Source: Paramoeba atlantica
Taxonomy: Eukaryota; Protista; Discosea
Direction: 5' to 3'
NCBI GenBank assembly: GCA_977017575.1
Contig: CDRNVI010000054.1
Location: forward strand, 726,496 to 790,495
DNA length: 64,000 nt
Shown here piece after piece: positions 10,642 to 23,534 of this stretch (positions within the stretch are counted from its first letter, which is position 1; each line of letters begins with the position of its first letter). The notes under the pieces were generated by a model, which had not been told where the DNA came from, did not search any database, and worked only from the letters and a program-made list of their open reading frames with translations. The translations under genes were made by a program, and so were the position numbers.

Positions 10642-11346
10642 CTATGAAACCGTTTTCAGGCTTCTCTTTAGAGTGGAATGTGATTCTTTATTTAGCTTCT
10701 CAAACAGGGAAAAGCGTTCCTCCAATGAAAGAATGTGTTTCGTCTTCCCCGTAGTGGTTTCGCTTTCGTTAGAGGAGAAGGGGAAGTTACTGCGCGTTAC
10801 TCCCTTTAGTGCTTGGACGAATGTTTTCTTCGGCCGTTCGGTGTGTGAAGCGAAGTAAGTTGCAGTTCTGGCAGGAGGGCGTGAGGGGAGCTCTGAAGTT
10901 CCCATAAATCGGGGAGGCTTCGAGGACGGAGTTCCGGTGTGATCTCGTGGGGCATGAGGGGATTCGAAGTCGCACGCATCACAGCGATTGAAATAGGGAC
11001 GTTTAGGGCTGAAAGGGGATGAACACACTTCGCAGGGTTTGGTGAGACCCTGGGAAGTGTTTGAACAAGACAGTGCGAAGGACTCACACCACCGAAAGTA
11101 AGGCCTAGCGGGAAAGAACGGGGAGGAGCAAGCATCACATGATTTTTGGTGAGTGCTGTGTGGGCTTGGAGGGTTCGTCGCCGCGCGTGGCTGGACGGAA
11201 GGGTACGAGCGAATGGTGGGATGTAATGGGGGTTGTGAGAAATTGGGCGAGCATTTCGCGCAAAATCGGTGGGCGCGGTTATGTGGGACAAAACGTGTGC
11301 CACAGTGGCAAAACCAGAACTTCCCACCTGATCGAGGGTCATTCAT
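10642..11346 (-). CDS. 234-aa N-terminal ORF fragment with three CxxC-x(~12)-CxxC type zinc-ribbon repeats
   Basis: CHCGTRFVPHNRAHRFCAKC, CDACSSPFFPARPYFRWCES(C/F), CEVCSSPFSPKRPYFNRCDAC. Copies at 5204, 16080, 21518 and 26956. Confidence 0.6.
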   Translation of the reverse strand: MNDPRSGGKFWFCHCGTRFVPHNRAHRFCAKCSPNFSQPPLHPTIRSYPSVQPRAATNPPSPHSTHQKSCDACSSPFFPARPYFRWCESFALSCSNTSQGLTKPCEVCSSPFSPKRPYFNRCDACDFESPHAPRDHTGTPSSKPPRFMGTSELPSRPPARTATYFASHTERPKKTFVQALKGVTRSNFPFSSNESETTTGKTKHILSLEERFSLFEKLNKESHSTLKRSLKTVS

Positions 11347-11637
11347 CGAGGGTCATTCATATGTAAAGTCAATAGGAAGGGAAAGAGAAATAATTCAACA
11401 AGGCACAGAAACTGCATCTTTATCGTTGTTTTTTTTTTTGCAATAAATGGGGGGGGAGAAGTATAAAACGCGGCATTGCCTCTATATTTTTACCCAGAGA
11501 CGAACCAAGTAGGTCCATTGGGGGGGGTATATGATTGAACAAGCAATCAAATTGGCAATTTCACATGTTGTAGCCCAAAACTATTAATTCAACCTGCCTT
11601 AAGTTATTTATGATTTTGATAACAATAATAATAAAAA

Positions 11638-12658
11638 GAAGCAATTCATTCCCAATCCATTCGCTCGTTCCGGACCGGGTCTTTCGACCACTCCTCGGCC
11701 TGACTTGTGAACCCTTCCCTTGTTATATGGGAAGGTTTTTTTATTTTAACTTCACAGCTTTAGCAACAACAACAACAACTTACTTCCACACTTTACGCGC
11801 CCTTTCATGCGCAACGAAAGACGCAGGTTTTCTGCGGGCATCCGGAGTACCAACATGTGCGCTTGGGCTCGCATAAGGGTCACGTTCACTTCCGTGAGGA
11901 GGCGTTGGAAGGCCTTTCCACGCGAAAGTGTGCCCTTCGAGGCAGCTGAGCGGCGCTCGGCAACTTCTCGGAGAATTCCCCGCGCGCTCTCCGACCAGGG
12001 CCCGAAGGATTCCACCGCCACCCCGGTGAATCTATACCCTTGGGGTTCGGCCTCGAGGCGCTCCGAACGTTTGTGTTCCGTATCGTACCGTTCGACAAAG
12101 GATCCTGCGTTTCCCACACGTTAGCGCCTCGGACTGAGTCCGTATATGTATGTGGGTTGCTGAACGTGAGTTACGCAGAAGTCCAATACCAAACCGGTAG
12201 CTAGGCCAAAGTTTGGGAGGAAGACATGGCCCGGTCTGGTGGGGCCGCCGCCCGGGCCGTGGTTGCCTAGACCGACCTCTCGTTGCGGGGCGAGGTGTGC
12301 CTTGGCGCACACATCGCAGAAGTGCTCGACCAGGGCGTTGTGCCGGGAGATGAGGCCGTAGACGCTTTTTCATGCTAGGGCATTCTGGCCATCAGATCCT
12401 AGCGGTTGTTTACACTGGTCTCTAGGGCAAGGGCGGGGGGTGTCTTAGACGTCTGCCCCGAGCCACCAGCGTGCCAGGGTGCGGAACTCCGTAGGGGTAA
12501 GGGCGTACCCCAGCTCTCTGGATGGGAGGACAAAGGACCAGCTTCCGACCCCTTCCCCGCTTTGAGAGAGCCATCTCGCTCTCTTTTCTTTTTGGCTCGT
12601 GTATCACATGTAGTCGGATCTTTTGCTTTCGGACAAGAACCTGGTATCTCTCTCTTCC
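11638..12658 (-). mobile_element. Element B 3' fragment (unit 2)
   Basis: Near-identical to 6200-7220. Confidence 0.88.
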
Positions 12659-14549
12659 TTTCGTGTCCTGAAAAGCGCTGCAGTGATTTGCCGAACCAAT
12701 CGGGCTTCCTAATAGATCAAAATTACCATTAATGTTTATCTTGTCTGGGGGAATGTCTGCGAAAAGAGCAGCGTTGTGCGCTGAGGCGGGGTGGAGGGCT
12801 ACCTCACATTTTTGTTTGGTAAGGAGAAGACCAAGTTGTGTCCCCTCGCTAGAGGGGACTGCCAAGGGCCTTCCGGACTGATGCCTGGCTACCCGCTAAG
12901 TCCCCGTCATCAAGGTACCAGAACTGAAAGAAAGTGTCCTCTGGGAGTTCTGAAACGATTTTTTCCGTAATTAAGTGAAGAACGAGAGAGAAGAGCAGAT
13001 GTCCGAGCGGGCCCCCTTGCTGTACGCCTTCTGCTGAGAGAACGGTGTGTGGGCCGTAGGTGAGTGAGCTGTCTGTCTCATAACACCACGAAATCCAGTC
13101 CGATAATTCTGGGAAATTTTCGCGTGCCAGGGAAATGAGAACGGATCGAGAAACGTTGTTAAACGCGTTGGCCAGATCGACTTTACAGAAGACGAAGTCT
13201 GGGTCGTCAATGTGGGCGGAGAACGTCTGTCAGCAACGGTGTATCATCCGTTCCGACCCTGCAGGAACCGCGAAGCCGTATTGTGTTCCGCAAAAGATGG
13301 CTTGCGCTCGCAGTTTGAGTGCTGCACATGCTCCTTTGCTCGCTAGGCGACGAAGAGTTTCACCGACAGCAATCGGGCGGACGTCTTGCTCTCCTTTCTG
13401 CAAGGCGCAGAGGCGGGCGCCTGCGAAATGGTTTTGGGATTCGAGCGGAGCTTTCCCCGCCAAGAGATGGTTGACTAACTTTGCGAGGGCCGTGAGTGGG
13501 TTGACATTCGAGTCGACGTTCGCGTAGAATGCCTCCTGTATGTGTTCTGGGCACAACCCCATCGTGCCTCCCGAGGAGCCTCTGTGGAAGCTTTTGACTG
13601 CGGCAGAAGTTTCTTGTTCCGTGAGCTGCAATGGCGGGCACTTTGTTGGGGGTGGTTCGGTGGCGAGGAATTCTGTCAAAAAGGCGGGGCAGGGCAGTCG
13701 ACAAGGGTGTTTATTTCGAAGTTTTGAGAGGGTTTCTGGGCTTTCGGGCGCCATCGGAGAGGCCGTAAGGGCTGCCATACCCCGAGAAAATTCGCCTTGT
13801 CGTGCGAGGGGCTCTGTACGAATGGCTGCTCGCTTCTCGTCGTTGTGAGAGGTTTTCGGAGAACTATGTTGCTTGTTATTGAAGGAGGAAATTGCATCAT
13901 ACCATAGGGAAGCGTACTCGCGCGCTTGCCAACGCTCTAGGCACTTGAGAACGTGGTTGGCGTACGAAGTGTGCCCTTTGCGGCCCCCACGATAAGGGGC
14001 ATGGAGGACGAACTTCGGGAGCATCGCTAGGAGGGTCCAAGCGCAAGTAGTGTTTTCCTTCCCCGCCGCAGCCATCGCCTCGGAGAGAGCCGACGCCCAA
14101 AGTTGACGGCATCGGTATTGGATTTGTTTGCATGTCGAAATTGGGATGGCACATACGATAGGTAAGGGCGGCAGAGGTGGGTCGTTGTTTCACACTACCC
14201 CCGAGAGATTAAGGGGTAGAACTGGAGTTGAGCTGGGCGACTGGGAGGGGTCAGTGGGGTGAGGGGAGGCGTGATTTCGGAATTTACACTCTCAAGGTGT
14301 GAGGTCTGCTTTGAAATATCGTAATTTTTTCTACATGGCCTGCAGAGGAAGCGACCTTGTTCACCCCACCACTGTGCGGAAACCGCGTCACCGTGTCGTG
14401 ATTATAGAAGGCCTGCCAATGCCCTCCATGGGACGTTGTACTCCAAGTGCATCCTTCCGCTGGACAAACACGAGATTCTGTGGGCATGAAGAGGGGAAGT
14501 GTGATTTCGGAGAGATTATTGGAATGGAGAAGACGCGATCGTCGTGCAG

Positions 14550-14925
14550 GGTGGAGGTGGCGGAGTGGCAAGAACTCAAAGTTTGAAGCACATGGTGCTC
14601 AAACGGCGAGTTCAAACCCGCTCATCGCAATATTCCTGGCGGCCTCACTCTAAGAGGCTGGGCTGATACCCGACTAGGCCCAGTACTCGGATGACCGTCC
14701 CCTCAGGGAACCAGCTCCCTTACCCGGCTTACACCTCTTGGGTAAGCCGTGTTGACGTGCTGTTCGTTGACGCAGCGTGTTGGAAACAGCACGTTGGTGT
14801 CGCCTTGGACAAGCGGAAACTGGTAGAGGACGTCGGCCTCGGAACTTCCAAATCTGTCTGTGAAGGGTCTGGCTCGCCAGTGACCATCCGGAGCAATCCG
14901 GAATGATTTGGATTTTTTTGGATTG
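14550..14925 (+). mobile_element. tRNA-derived SINE (copy 3)
   Basis: Same as copy 2. Confidence 0.85.
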
Positions 14926-17075
14926 GATCGTTGTGCAGAGTGCGGGGTATCGGGTCCCGGATTCTGTTCCACTCCGCCTCGCACAAGTTCGTTTTTTACG
15001 CTCGCTTGGGTCCACCCGGTGCTGGCCTCTAGCTCTATGGCAGGCGAGGTGAGGTTTTGCAATACGCGGGGGGGGCCTCGGTTCCACTCCAATCCCCCTC
15101 GTAAAAGACCGATATCTACCTGGGTCTTGCTCCACCCTGAGTTCGCTATAAACTTCTCGCTGGGCGTGAAACAACAGAGCGGTCCTGAGGGGGAGGGCAC
15201 TTCGCACCACGCAGGGGCGAATTCTGGGTCGATACCTAAATGTGAACATATAGCAACCGATAATTTGTTAGTAGGCACGCTGGAGGGGACAGTGATCTGC
15301 GTCTCACCTGTCGGGTATCCGTAAATGAGGACTCTGTTTTTTGACGGCTTTGCGGCGTTATAAGGTACCCGAAGAGCAGTGCCTAAAGTAACTAGGGGCG
15401 ATATGTTGCTGAGCTTCTCGGTTAGATCCATAGTGGCCCCGGTTGCTGAAGCAACGAGTGTCACGAGCTCACTGCGGAGCCCCAAACAGAGCGCGATCTT
15501 GTCTCTAACTGAATCCAGATGGGCGTGAGACGGAACAACTGGGAAGGTGAGATTTTCCCAAGGCGATGGGCAAAGAAGGAGACGAATTGTAACGTCGACG
15601 GTGCTGTCTTCATCTAGATCTTCATCCCAGCCCGGGCTGATCCAGTCCTCCAATTCAGTTTCCTTCATGTTTCTCTCGGCCTTTTGCATAAAAGGCGAGT
15701 TAGCAGACGGCGTTCTTGAGAGGGCTTGAAGTTCTCGGTGGAAGGTCTCTTACTTTCTCTACAATCTCGGAGCTTTCCTCTAACAGGATACTTCTTTTGG
15801 CGTCCATAGCTTTGCGAAACGCAACCTTGATGTCGTGTTCAAGGTGTACTTTCTTGTGCTCACTCAGTTGGTCGGCATCCATCAGTTGCTTTGAACAGGT
15901 GTTGCAAACGTGTCCCTTCTTCTCTGTAATGGAGAGCTTTCGGGCAAGAGCGAGATGCCACTCGCGTCTTGCGTTAAGGTTTTCGAGAAAGAGATTGTGT
16001 CTGGAGACGAGCTCCTGGGCGACTAATTGAACGAATGAGAGATCTTTTTCTGTTGAACGGATCTCGTACTCTATGTCCGCTATGAAACCGTTTTCAGGCT
16101 TCTCTTTAGAGTGGAATGTGATTCTTTATTTAGCTTCTCAAACAGGGAAAAGCGTTCCTCCAATGAAAGAATGTGTTTCGTCTTCCCCGTAGTGGTTTCG
16201 CTTTCGTTAGAGGAGAAGGGGAAGTTACTGCGCGTTACTCCCTTTAGTGCTTGGACGAATGTTTTCTTCGGCCGTTCGGTGTGTGAAGCGAAGTAAGTTG
16301 CAGTTCTGGCAGGAGGGCGTGAGGGGAGCTCTGAAGTTCCCATAAATCGGGGAGGCTTCGAGGACGGAGTTCCGGTGTGATCTCGTGGGGCATGAGGGGA
16401 TTCGAAGTCGCACGCATCACAGCGATTGAAATAGGGACGTTTAGGGCTGAAAGGGGATGAACACACTTCGCAGGGTTTGGTGAGACCCTGGGAAGTGTTT
16501 GAACAAGACAGTGCGAAGGACTCACACCACCGAAAGTAAGGCCTAGCGGGAAAGAACGGGGAGGAGCAAGCATCACATGATTTTTGGTGAGTGCTGTGTG
16601 GGCTTGGAGGGTTCGTCGCCGCGCGTGGCTGGACGGAAGGGTACGAGCGAATGGTGGGATGTAATGGGGGTTGTGAGAAATTGGGCGAGCATTTCGCGCA
16701 AAATCGGTGGGCGCGGTTATGTGGGACAAAACGTGTGCCACAGTGGCAAAACCAGAACTTCCCACCTGATCGAGGGTCATTCATCGAGGGTCATTCATAT
16801 GTAAAGTCAATAGGAAGGGAAAGAGAAATAATTCAACAAGGCACAGAAACTGCATCTTTATCGTTGTTTTTTTTTTTGCAATAAATGGGGGGGGAGAAGT
16901 ATAAAACGCGGCATTGCCTCTATATTTTTACCCAGAGACGAACCAAGTAGGTCCATTGGGGGGGGTATATGATTGAACAAGCAATCAAATTGGCAATTTC
17001 ACATGTTGTAGCCCAAAACTATTAATTCAACCTGCCTTAAGTTATTTATGATTTTGATAACAATAATAATAAAAA

Positions 17076-18096
17076 GAAGCAATTCATTCCCAATCCATTC
17101 GCTCGTTCCGGACCGGGTCTTTCGACCACTCCTCGGCCTGACTTGTGAACCCTTCCCTTGTTATATGGGAAGGTTTTTTTATTTTAACTTCACAGCTTTA
17201 GCAACAACAACAACAACTTACTTCCACACTTTACGCGCCCTTTCATGCGCAACGAAAGACGCAGGTTTTCTGCGGGCATCCGGAGTACCAACATGTGCGC
17301 TTGGGCTCGCATAAGGGTCACGTTCACTTCCGTGAGGAGGCGTTGGAAGGCCTTTCCACGCGAAAGTGTGCCCTTCGAGGCAGCTGAGCGGCGCTCGGCA
17401 ACTTCTCGGAGAATTCCCCGCGCGCTCTCCGACCAGGGCCCGAAGGATTCCACCGCCACCCCGGTGAATCTATACCCTTGGGGTTCGGCCTCGAGGCGCT
17501 CCGAACGTTTGTGTTCCGTATCGTACCGTTCGACAAAGGATCCTGCGTTTCCCACACGTTAGCGCCTCGGACTGAGTCCGTATATGTATGTGGGTTGCTG
17601 AACGTGAGTTACGCAGAAGTCCAATACCAAACCGGTAGCTAGGCCAAAGTTTGGGAGGAAGACATGGCCCGGTCTGGTGGGGCCGCCGCCCGGGCCGTGG
17701 TTGCCTAGACCGACCTCTCGTTGCGGGGCGAGGTGTGCCTTGGCGCACACATCGCAGAAGTGCTCGACCAGGGCGTTGTGCCGGGAGATGAGGCCGTAGA
17801 CGCTTTTTCATGCTAGGGCATTCTGGCCATCAGATCCTAGCGGTTGTTTACACTGGTCTCTAGGGCAAGGGCGGGGGGTGTCTTAGACGTCTGCCCCGAG
17901 CCACCAGCGTGCCAGGGTGCGGAACTCCGTAGGGGTAAGGGCGTACCCCAGCTCTCTGGATGGGAGGACAAAGGACCAGCTTCCGACCCCTTCCCCGCTT
18001 TGAGAGAGCCATCTCGCTCTCTTTTCTTTTTGGCTCGTGTATCACATGTAGTCGGATCTTTTGCTTTCGGACAAGAACCTGGTATCTCTCTCTTCC
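17076..18096 (-). mobile_element. Element B 3' fragment (unit 3)
   Basis: Near-identical to 6200-7220. Confidence 0.88.
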
Positions 18097-19987
18097 TTTC
18101 GTGTCCTGAAAAGCGCTGCAGTGATTTGCCGAACCAATCGGGCTTCCTAATAGATCAAAATTACCATTAATGTTTATCTTGTCTGGGGGAATGTCTGCGA
18201 AAAGAGCAGCGTTGTGCGCTGAGGCGGGGTGGAGGGCTACCTCACATTTTTGTTTGGTAAGGAGAAGACCAAGTTGTGTCCCCTCGCTAGAGGGGACTGC
18301 CAAGGGCCTTCCGGACTGATGCCTGGCTACCCGCTAAGTCCCCGTCATCAAGGTACCAGAACTGAAAGAAAGTGTCCTCTGGGAGTTCTGAAACGATTTT
18401 TTCCGTAATTAAGTGAAGAACGAGAGAGAAGAGCAGATGTCCGAGCGGGCCCCCTTGCTGTACGCCTTCTGCTGAGAGAACGGTGTGTGGGCCGTAGGTG
18501 AGTGAGCTGTCTGTCTCATAACACCACGAAATCCAGTCCGATAATTCTGGGAAATTTTCGCGTGCCAGGGAAATGAGAACGGATCGAGAAACGTTGTTAA
18601 ACGCGTTGGCCAGATCGACTTTACAGAAGACGAAGTCTGGGTCGTCAATGTGGGCGGAGAACGTCTTTCAGCAACGGTGTATCATCCGTTCCGACCCTGC
18701 AGGAACCGCGAAGCCGTATTGTGTTCCGCAAAAGATGGCTTGCGCTCGCAGTTTGAGTGCTGCACATGCTCCTTTGCTCGCTAGGCGACGAAGAGTTTCA
18801 CCGACAGCAATCGGGCGGACGTCTTGCTCTCCTTTCTGCAAGGCGCAGAGGCGGGCGCCTGCGAAATGGTTTTGGGATTCGAGCGGAGCTTTCCCCGCCA
18901 AGAGATGGTTGACTAACTTTGCGAGGGCCGTGAGTGGGTTGACATTCGAGTCGACGTTCGCGTAGAATGCCTCCTGTATGTGTTCTGGGCACAACCCCAT
19001 CGTGCCTCCCGAGGAGCCTCTGTGGAAGCTTTTGACTGCGGCAGAAGTTTCTTGTTCCGTGAGCTGCAATGGCGGGCACTTTGTTGGGGGTGGTTCGGTG
19101 GCGAGGAATTCTGTCAAAAAGGCGGGGCAGGGCAGTCGACAAGGGTGTTTATTTCGAAGTTTTGAGAGGGTTTCTGGGCTTTCGGGCGCCATCGGAGAGG
19201 CCGTAAGGGCTGCCATACCCCGAGAAAATTCGCCTTGTCGTGCGAGGGGCTCTGTACGAATGGCTGCTCGCTTCTCGTCGTTGTGAGAGGTTTTCGGAGA
19301 ACTATGTTGCTTGTTATTGAAGGAGGAAATTGCATCATACCATAGGGAAGCGTACTCGCGCGCTTGCCAACGCTCTAGGCACTTGAGAACGTGGTTGGCG
19401 TACGAAGTGTGCCCTTTGCGGCCCCCACGATAAGGGGCATGGAGGACGAACTTCGGGAGCATCGCTAGGAGGGTCCAAGCGCAAGTAGTGTTTTCCTTCC
19501 CCGCCGCAGCCATCGCCTCGGAGAGAGCCGACGCCCAAAGTTGACGGCATCGGTATTGGATTTGTTTGCATGTCGAAATTGGGATGGCACATACGATAGG
19601 TAAGGGCGGCAGAGGTGGGTCGTTGTTTCACACTACCCCCGAGAGATTAAGGGGTAGAACTGGAGTTGAGCTGGGCGACTGGGAGGGGTCAGTGGGGTGA
19701 GGGGAGGCGTGATTTCGGAATTTACACTCTCAAGGTGTGAGGTCTGCTTTGAAATATCGTAATTTTTTCTACATGGCCTGCAGAGGAAGCGACCTTGTTC
19801 ACCCCACCACTGTGCGGAAACCGCGTCACCGTGTCGTGATTATAGAAGGCCTGCCAATGCCCTCCATGGGACGTTGTACTCCAAGTGCATCCTTCCGCTG
19901 GACAAACACGAGATTCTGTGGGCATGAAGAGGGGAAGTGTGATTTCGGAGAGATTATTGGAATGGAGAAGACGCGATCGTCGTGCAG

Positions 19988-20363
19988 GGTGGAGGTGGCG
20001 GAGTGGCAAGAACTCAAAGTTTGAAGCACATGGTGCTCAAACGGCGAGTTCAAACCCGCTCATCGCAATATTCCTGGCGGCCTCACTCTAAGAGGCTGGG
20101 CTGATACCCGACTAGGCCCAGTACTCGGATGACCGTCCCCTCAGGGAACCAGCTCCCTTACCCGGCTTACACCTCTTGGGTAAGCCGTGTTGACGTGCTG
20201 TTCGTTGACGCAGCGTGTTGGAAACAGCACGTTGGTGTCGCCTTGGACAAGCGGAAACTGGTAGAGGACGTCGGCCTCGGAACTTCCAAATCTGTCTGTG
20301 AAGGGTCTGGCTCGCCAGTGACCATCCGGAGCAATCCGGAATGATTTGGATTTTTTTGGATTG
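19988..20363 (+). mobile_element. tRNA-derived SINE (copy 4)
   Basis: Same as copy 2. Confidence 0.85.
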
Positions 20364-22513
20364 GATCGTTGTGCAGAGTGCGGGGTATCGGGTCCCGGAT
20401 TCTGTTCCACTCCGCCTCGCACAAGTTCGTTTTTTACGCTCGCTTGGGTCCACCCGGTGCTGGCCTCTAGCTCTATGGCAGGCGAGGTGAGGTTTTGCAA
20501 TACGCGGGGGGGGCCTCGGTTCCACTCCAATCCCCCTCGTAAAAGACCGATATCTACCTGGGTCTTGCTCCACCCTGAGTTCGCTATAAACTTCTCGCTG
20601 GGCGTGAAACAACAGAGCGGTCCTGAGGGGGAGGGCACTTCGCACCACGCAGGGGCGAATTCTGGGTCGATACCTAAATGTGAACATATAGCAACCGATA
20701 ATTTGTTAGTAGGCACGCTGGAGGGGACAGTGATCTGCGTCTCACCTGTCGGGTATCCGTAAATGAGGACTCTGTTTTTTGACGGCTTTGCGGCGTTATA
20801 AGGTACCCGAAGAGCAGTGCCTAAAGTAACTAGGGGCGATATGTTGCTGAGCTTCTCGGTTAGATCCATAGTGGCCCCGGTTGCTGAAGCAACGAGTGTC
20901 ACGAGCTCACTGCGGAGCCCCAAACAGAGCGCGATCTTGTCTCTAACTGAATCCAGATGGGCGTGAGACGGAACAACTGGGAAGGTGAGATTTTCCCAAG
21001 GCGATGGGCAAAGAAGGAGACGAATTGTAACGTCGACGGTGCTGTCTTCATCTAGATCTTCATCCCAGCCCGGGCTGATCCAGTCCTCCAATTCAGTTTC
21101 CTTCATGTTTCTCTCGGCCTTTTGCATAAAAGGCGAGTTAGCAGACGGCGTTCTTGAGAGGGCTTGAAGTTCCCGGTGGAAGGTCTCTTACTTTCTCTAC
21201 AATCTCGGAGCTTTCCTCTAACAGGATACTTCTTTTGGCGTCCATAGCTTTGCGAAACGCAACCTTGATGTCGTGTTCAAGGCGTACTTTCTTGTGCTCA
21301 CTCAGTTGGTCGGCATCCATCAGTTGCTTTGAACAGGTGTTGCAAACGTGTCCCTTCTTCTCTGTAATGGAGAGCTTTCGGGCAAGAGCGAGATGCCACT
21401 CGCGTCTTGCGTTAAGGTTTTCGAGAAAGAGATTGTGTCTGGAGACGAGCTCCTGGGCGACTAATTGAACGAATGAGAGATCTTTTTCTGTTGAACGGAT
21501 CTCGTACTCTATGTCCGCTATGAAACCGTTTTCAGGCTTCTCTTTAGAGTGGAATGTGATTCTTTATTTAGCTTCTCAAACAGGGAAAAGCGTTCCTCCA
21601 ATGAAAGAATGTGTTTCGTCTTCCCCGTAGTGGTTTCGCTTTCGTTAGAGGAGAAGGGGAAGTTACTGCGCGTTACTCCCTTTAGTGCTTGGACGAATGT
21701 TTTCTTCGGCCGTTCGGTGTGTGAAGCGAAGTAAGTTGCAGTTCTGGCAGGAGGGCGTGAGGGGAGCTCTGAAGTTCCCATAAATCGGGGAGGCTTCGAG
21801 GACGGAGTTCCGGTGTGATCTCGTGGGGCATGAGGGGATTCGAAGTCGCACGCATCACAGCGATTGAAATAGGGACGTTTAGGGCTGAAAGGGGATGAAC
21901 ACACTTCGCAGGGTTTGGTGAGACCCTGGGAAGTGTTTGAACAAGACAGTGCGAAGGACTCACACCACCGAAAGTAAGGCCTAGCGGGAAAGAACGGGGA
22001 GGAGCAAGCATCACATGATTTTTGGTGAGTGCTGTGTGGGCTTGGAGGGTTCGTCGCCGCGCGTGGCTGGACGGAAGGGTACGAGCGAATGGTGGGATGT
22101 AATGGGGGTTGTGAGAAATTGGGCGAGCATTTCGCGCAAAATCGGTGGGCGCGGTTATGTGGGACAAAACGTGTGCCACAGTGGCAAAACCAGAACTTCC
22201 CACCTGATCGAGGGTCATTCATCGAGGGTCATTCATATGTAAAGTCAATAGGAAGGGAAAGAGAAATAATTCAACAAGGCACAGAAACTGCATCTTTATC
22301 GTTGTTTTTTTTTTTGCAATAAATGGGGGGGGAGAAGTATAAAACGCGGAATTGCCTCTATATTTTTACCAAGAGACGAACCAAGTAGGTCCATTGGGGG
22401 GGGTATATGATTGAACAAGCAATCAAATTGGCAATTTCACATGTTGTAGCCCAAAACTATTAATTCAACCTGCCTTAAGTTATTTATGATTTTGATAACA
22501 ATAATAATAAAAA

Positions 22514-23534
22514 GAAGCAATTCATTCCCAATCCATTCGCTCGTTCCGGACCGGGTCTTTCGACCACTCCTCGGCCTGACTTGTGAACCCTTCCCTTGTT
22601 ATATGGGAAGGTTTTTTTATTTTAACTTCACAGCTTTAGCAACAACAACAACAACTTACTTCCACACTTTACGCGCCCTTTCATGCGCAACGAAAGACGC
22701 AGGTTTTCTGCGGGCATCCGGAGTACCAACATGTGCGCTTGGGCTCGCATAAGGGTCACGTTCACTTCCGTGAGGAGGCGTTGGAAGGCCTTTCCACGCG
22801 AAAGTGTGCCCTTCGAGGCAGCTGAGCGGCGCTCGGCAACTTCTCGGAGAATTCCCCGCGCGCTCTCCGACCAGGGCCCGAAGGATTCCACCGCCACCCC
22901 GGTGAATCTATACCCTTGGGGTTCGGCCTCGAGGCGCTCCGAACGTTTGTGTTCCGTATCGTACCGTTCGACAAAGGATCCTGCGTTTCCCACACGTTAG
23001 CGCCTCGGACTGAGTCCGTATATGTATGTGGGTTGCTGAACGTGAGTTACGCAGAAGTCCAATACCAAACCGGTAGCTAGGCCAAAGTTTGGGAGGAAGA
23101 CATGGCCCGGTCTGGTGGGGCCGCCGCCCGGGCCGTGGTTGCCTAGACCGACCTCTCGTTGCGGGGCGAGGTGTGCCTTGGCGCACACATCGCAGAAGTG
23201 CTCGACCAGGGCGTTGTGCCGGGAGATGAGGCCGTAGACGCTTTTTCATGCTAGGGCATTCTGGCCATCAGATCCTAGCGGTTGTTTACACTGGTCTCTA
23301 GGGCAAGGGCGGGGGGTGTCTTAGACGTCTGCCCCGAGCCACCAGCGTGCCAGGGTGCGGAACTCCGTAGGGGTAAGGGCGTACCCCAGCTCTCTGGATG
23401 GGAGGACAAAGGACCAGCTTCCGACCCCTTCCCCGCTTTGAGAGAGCCATCTCGCTCTCTTTTCTTTTTGGCTCGTGTATCACATGTAGTCGGATCTTTT
23501 GCTTTCGGACAAGAACCTGGTATCTCTCTCTTCC
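22514..23534 (-). mobile_element. Element B 3' fragment (unit 4)
   Basis: Near-identical to 6200-7220. Confidence 0.88.
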
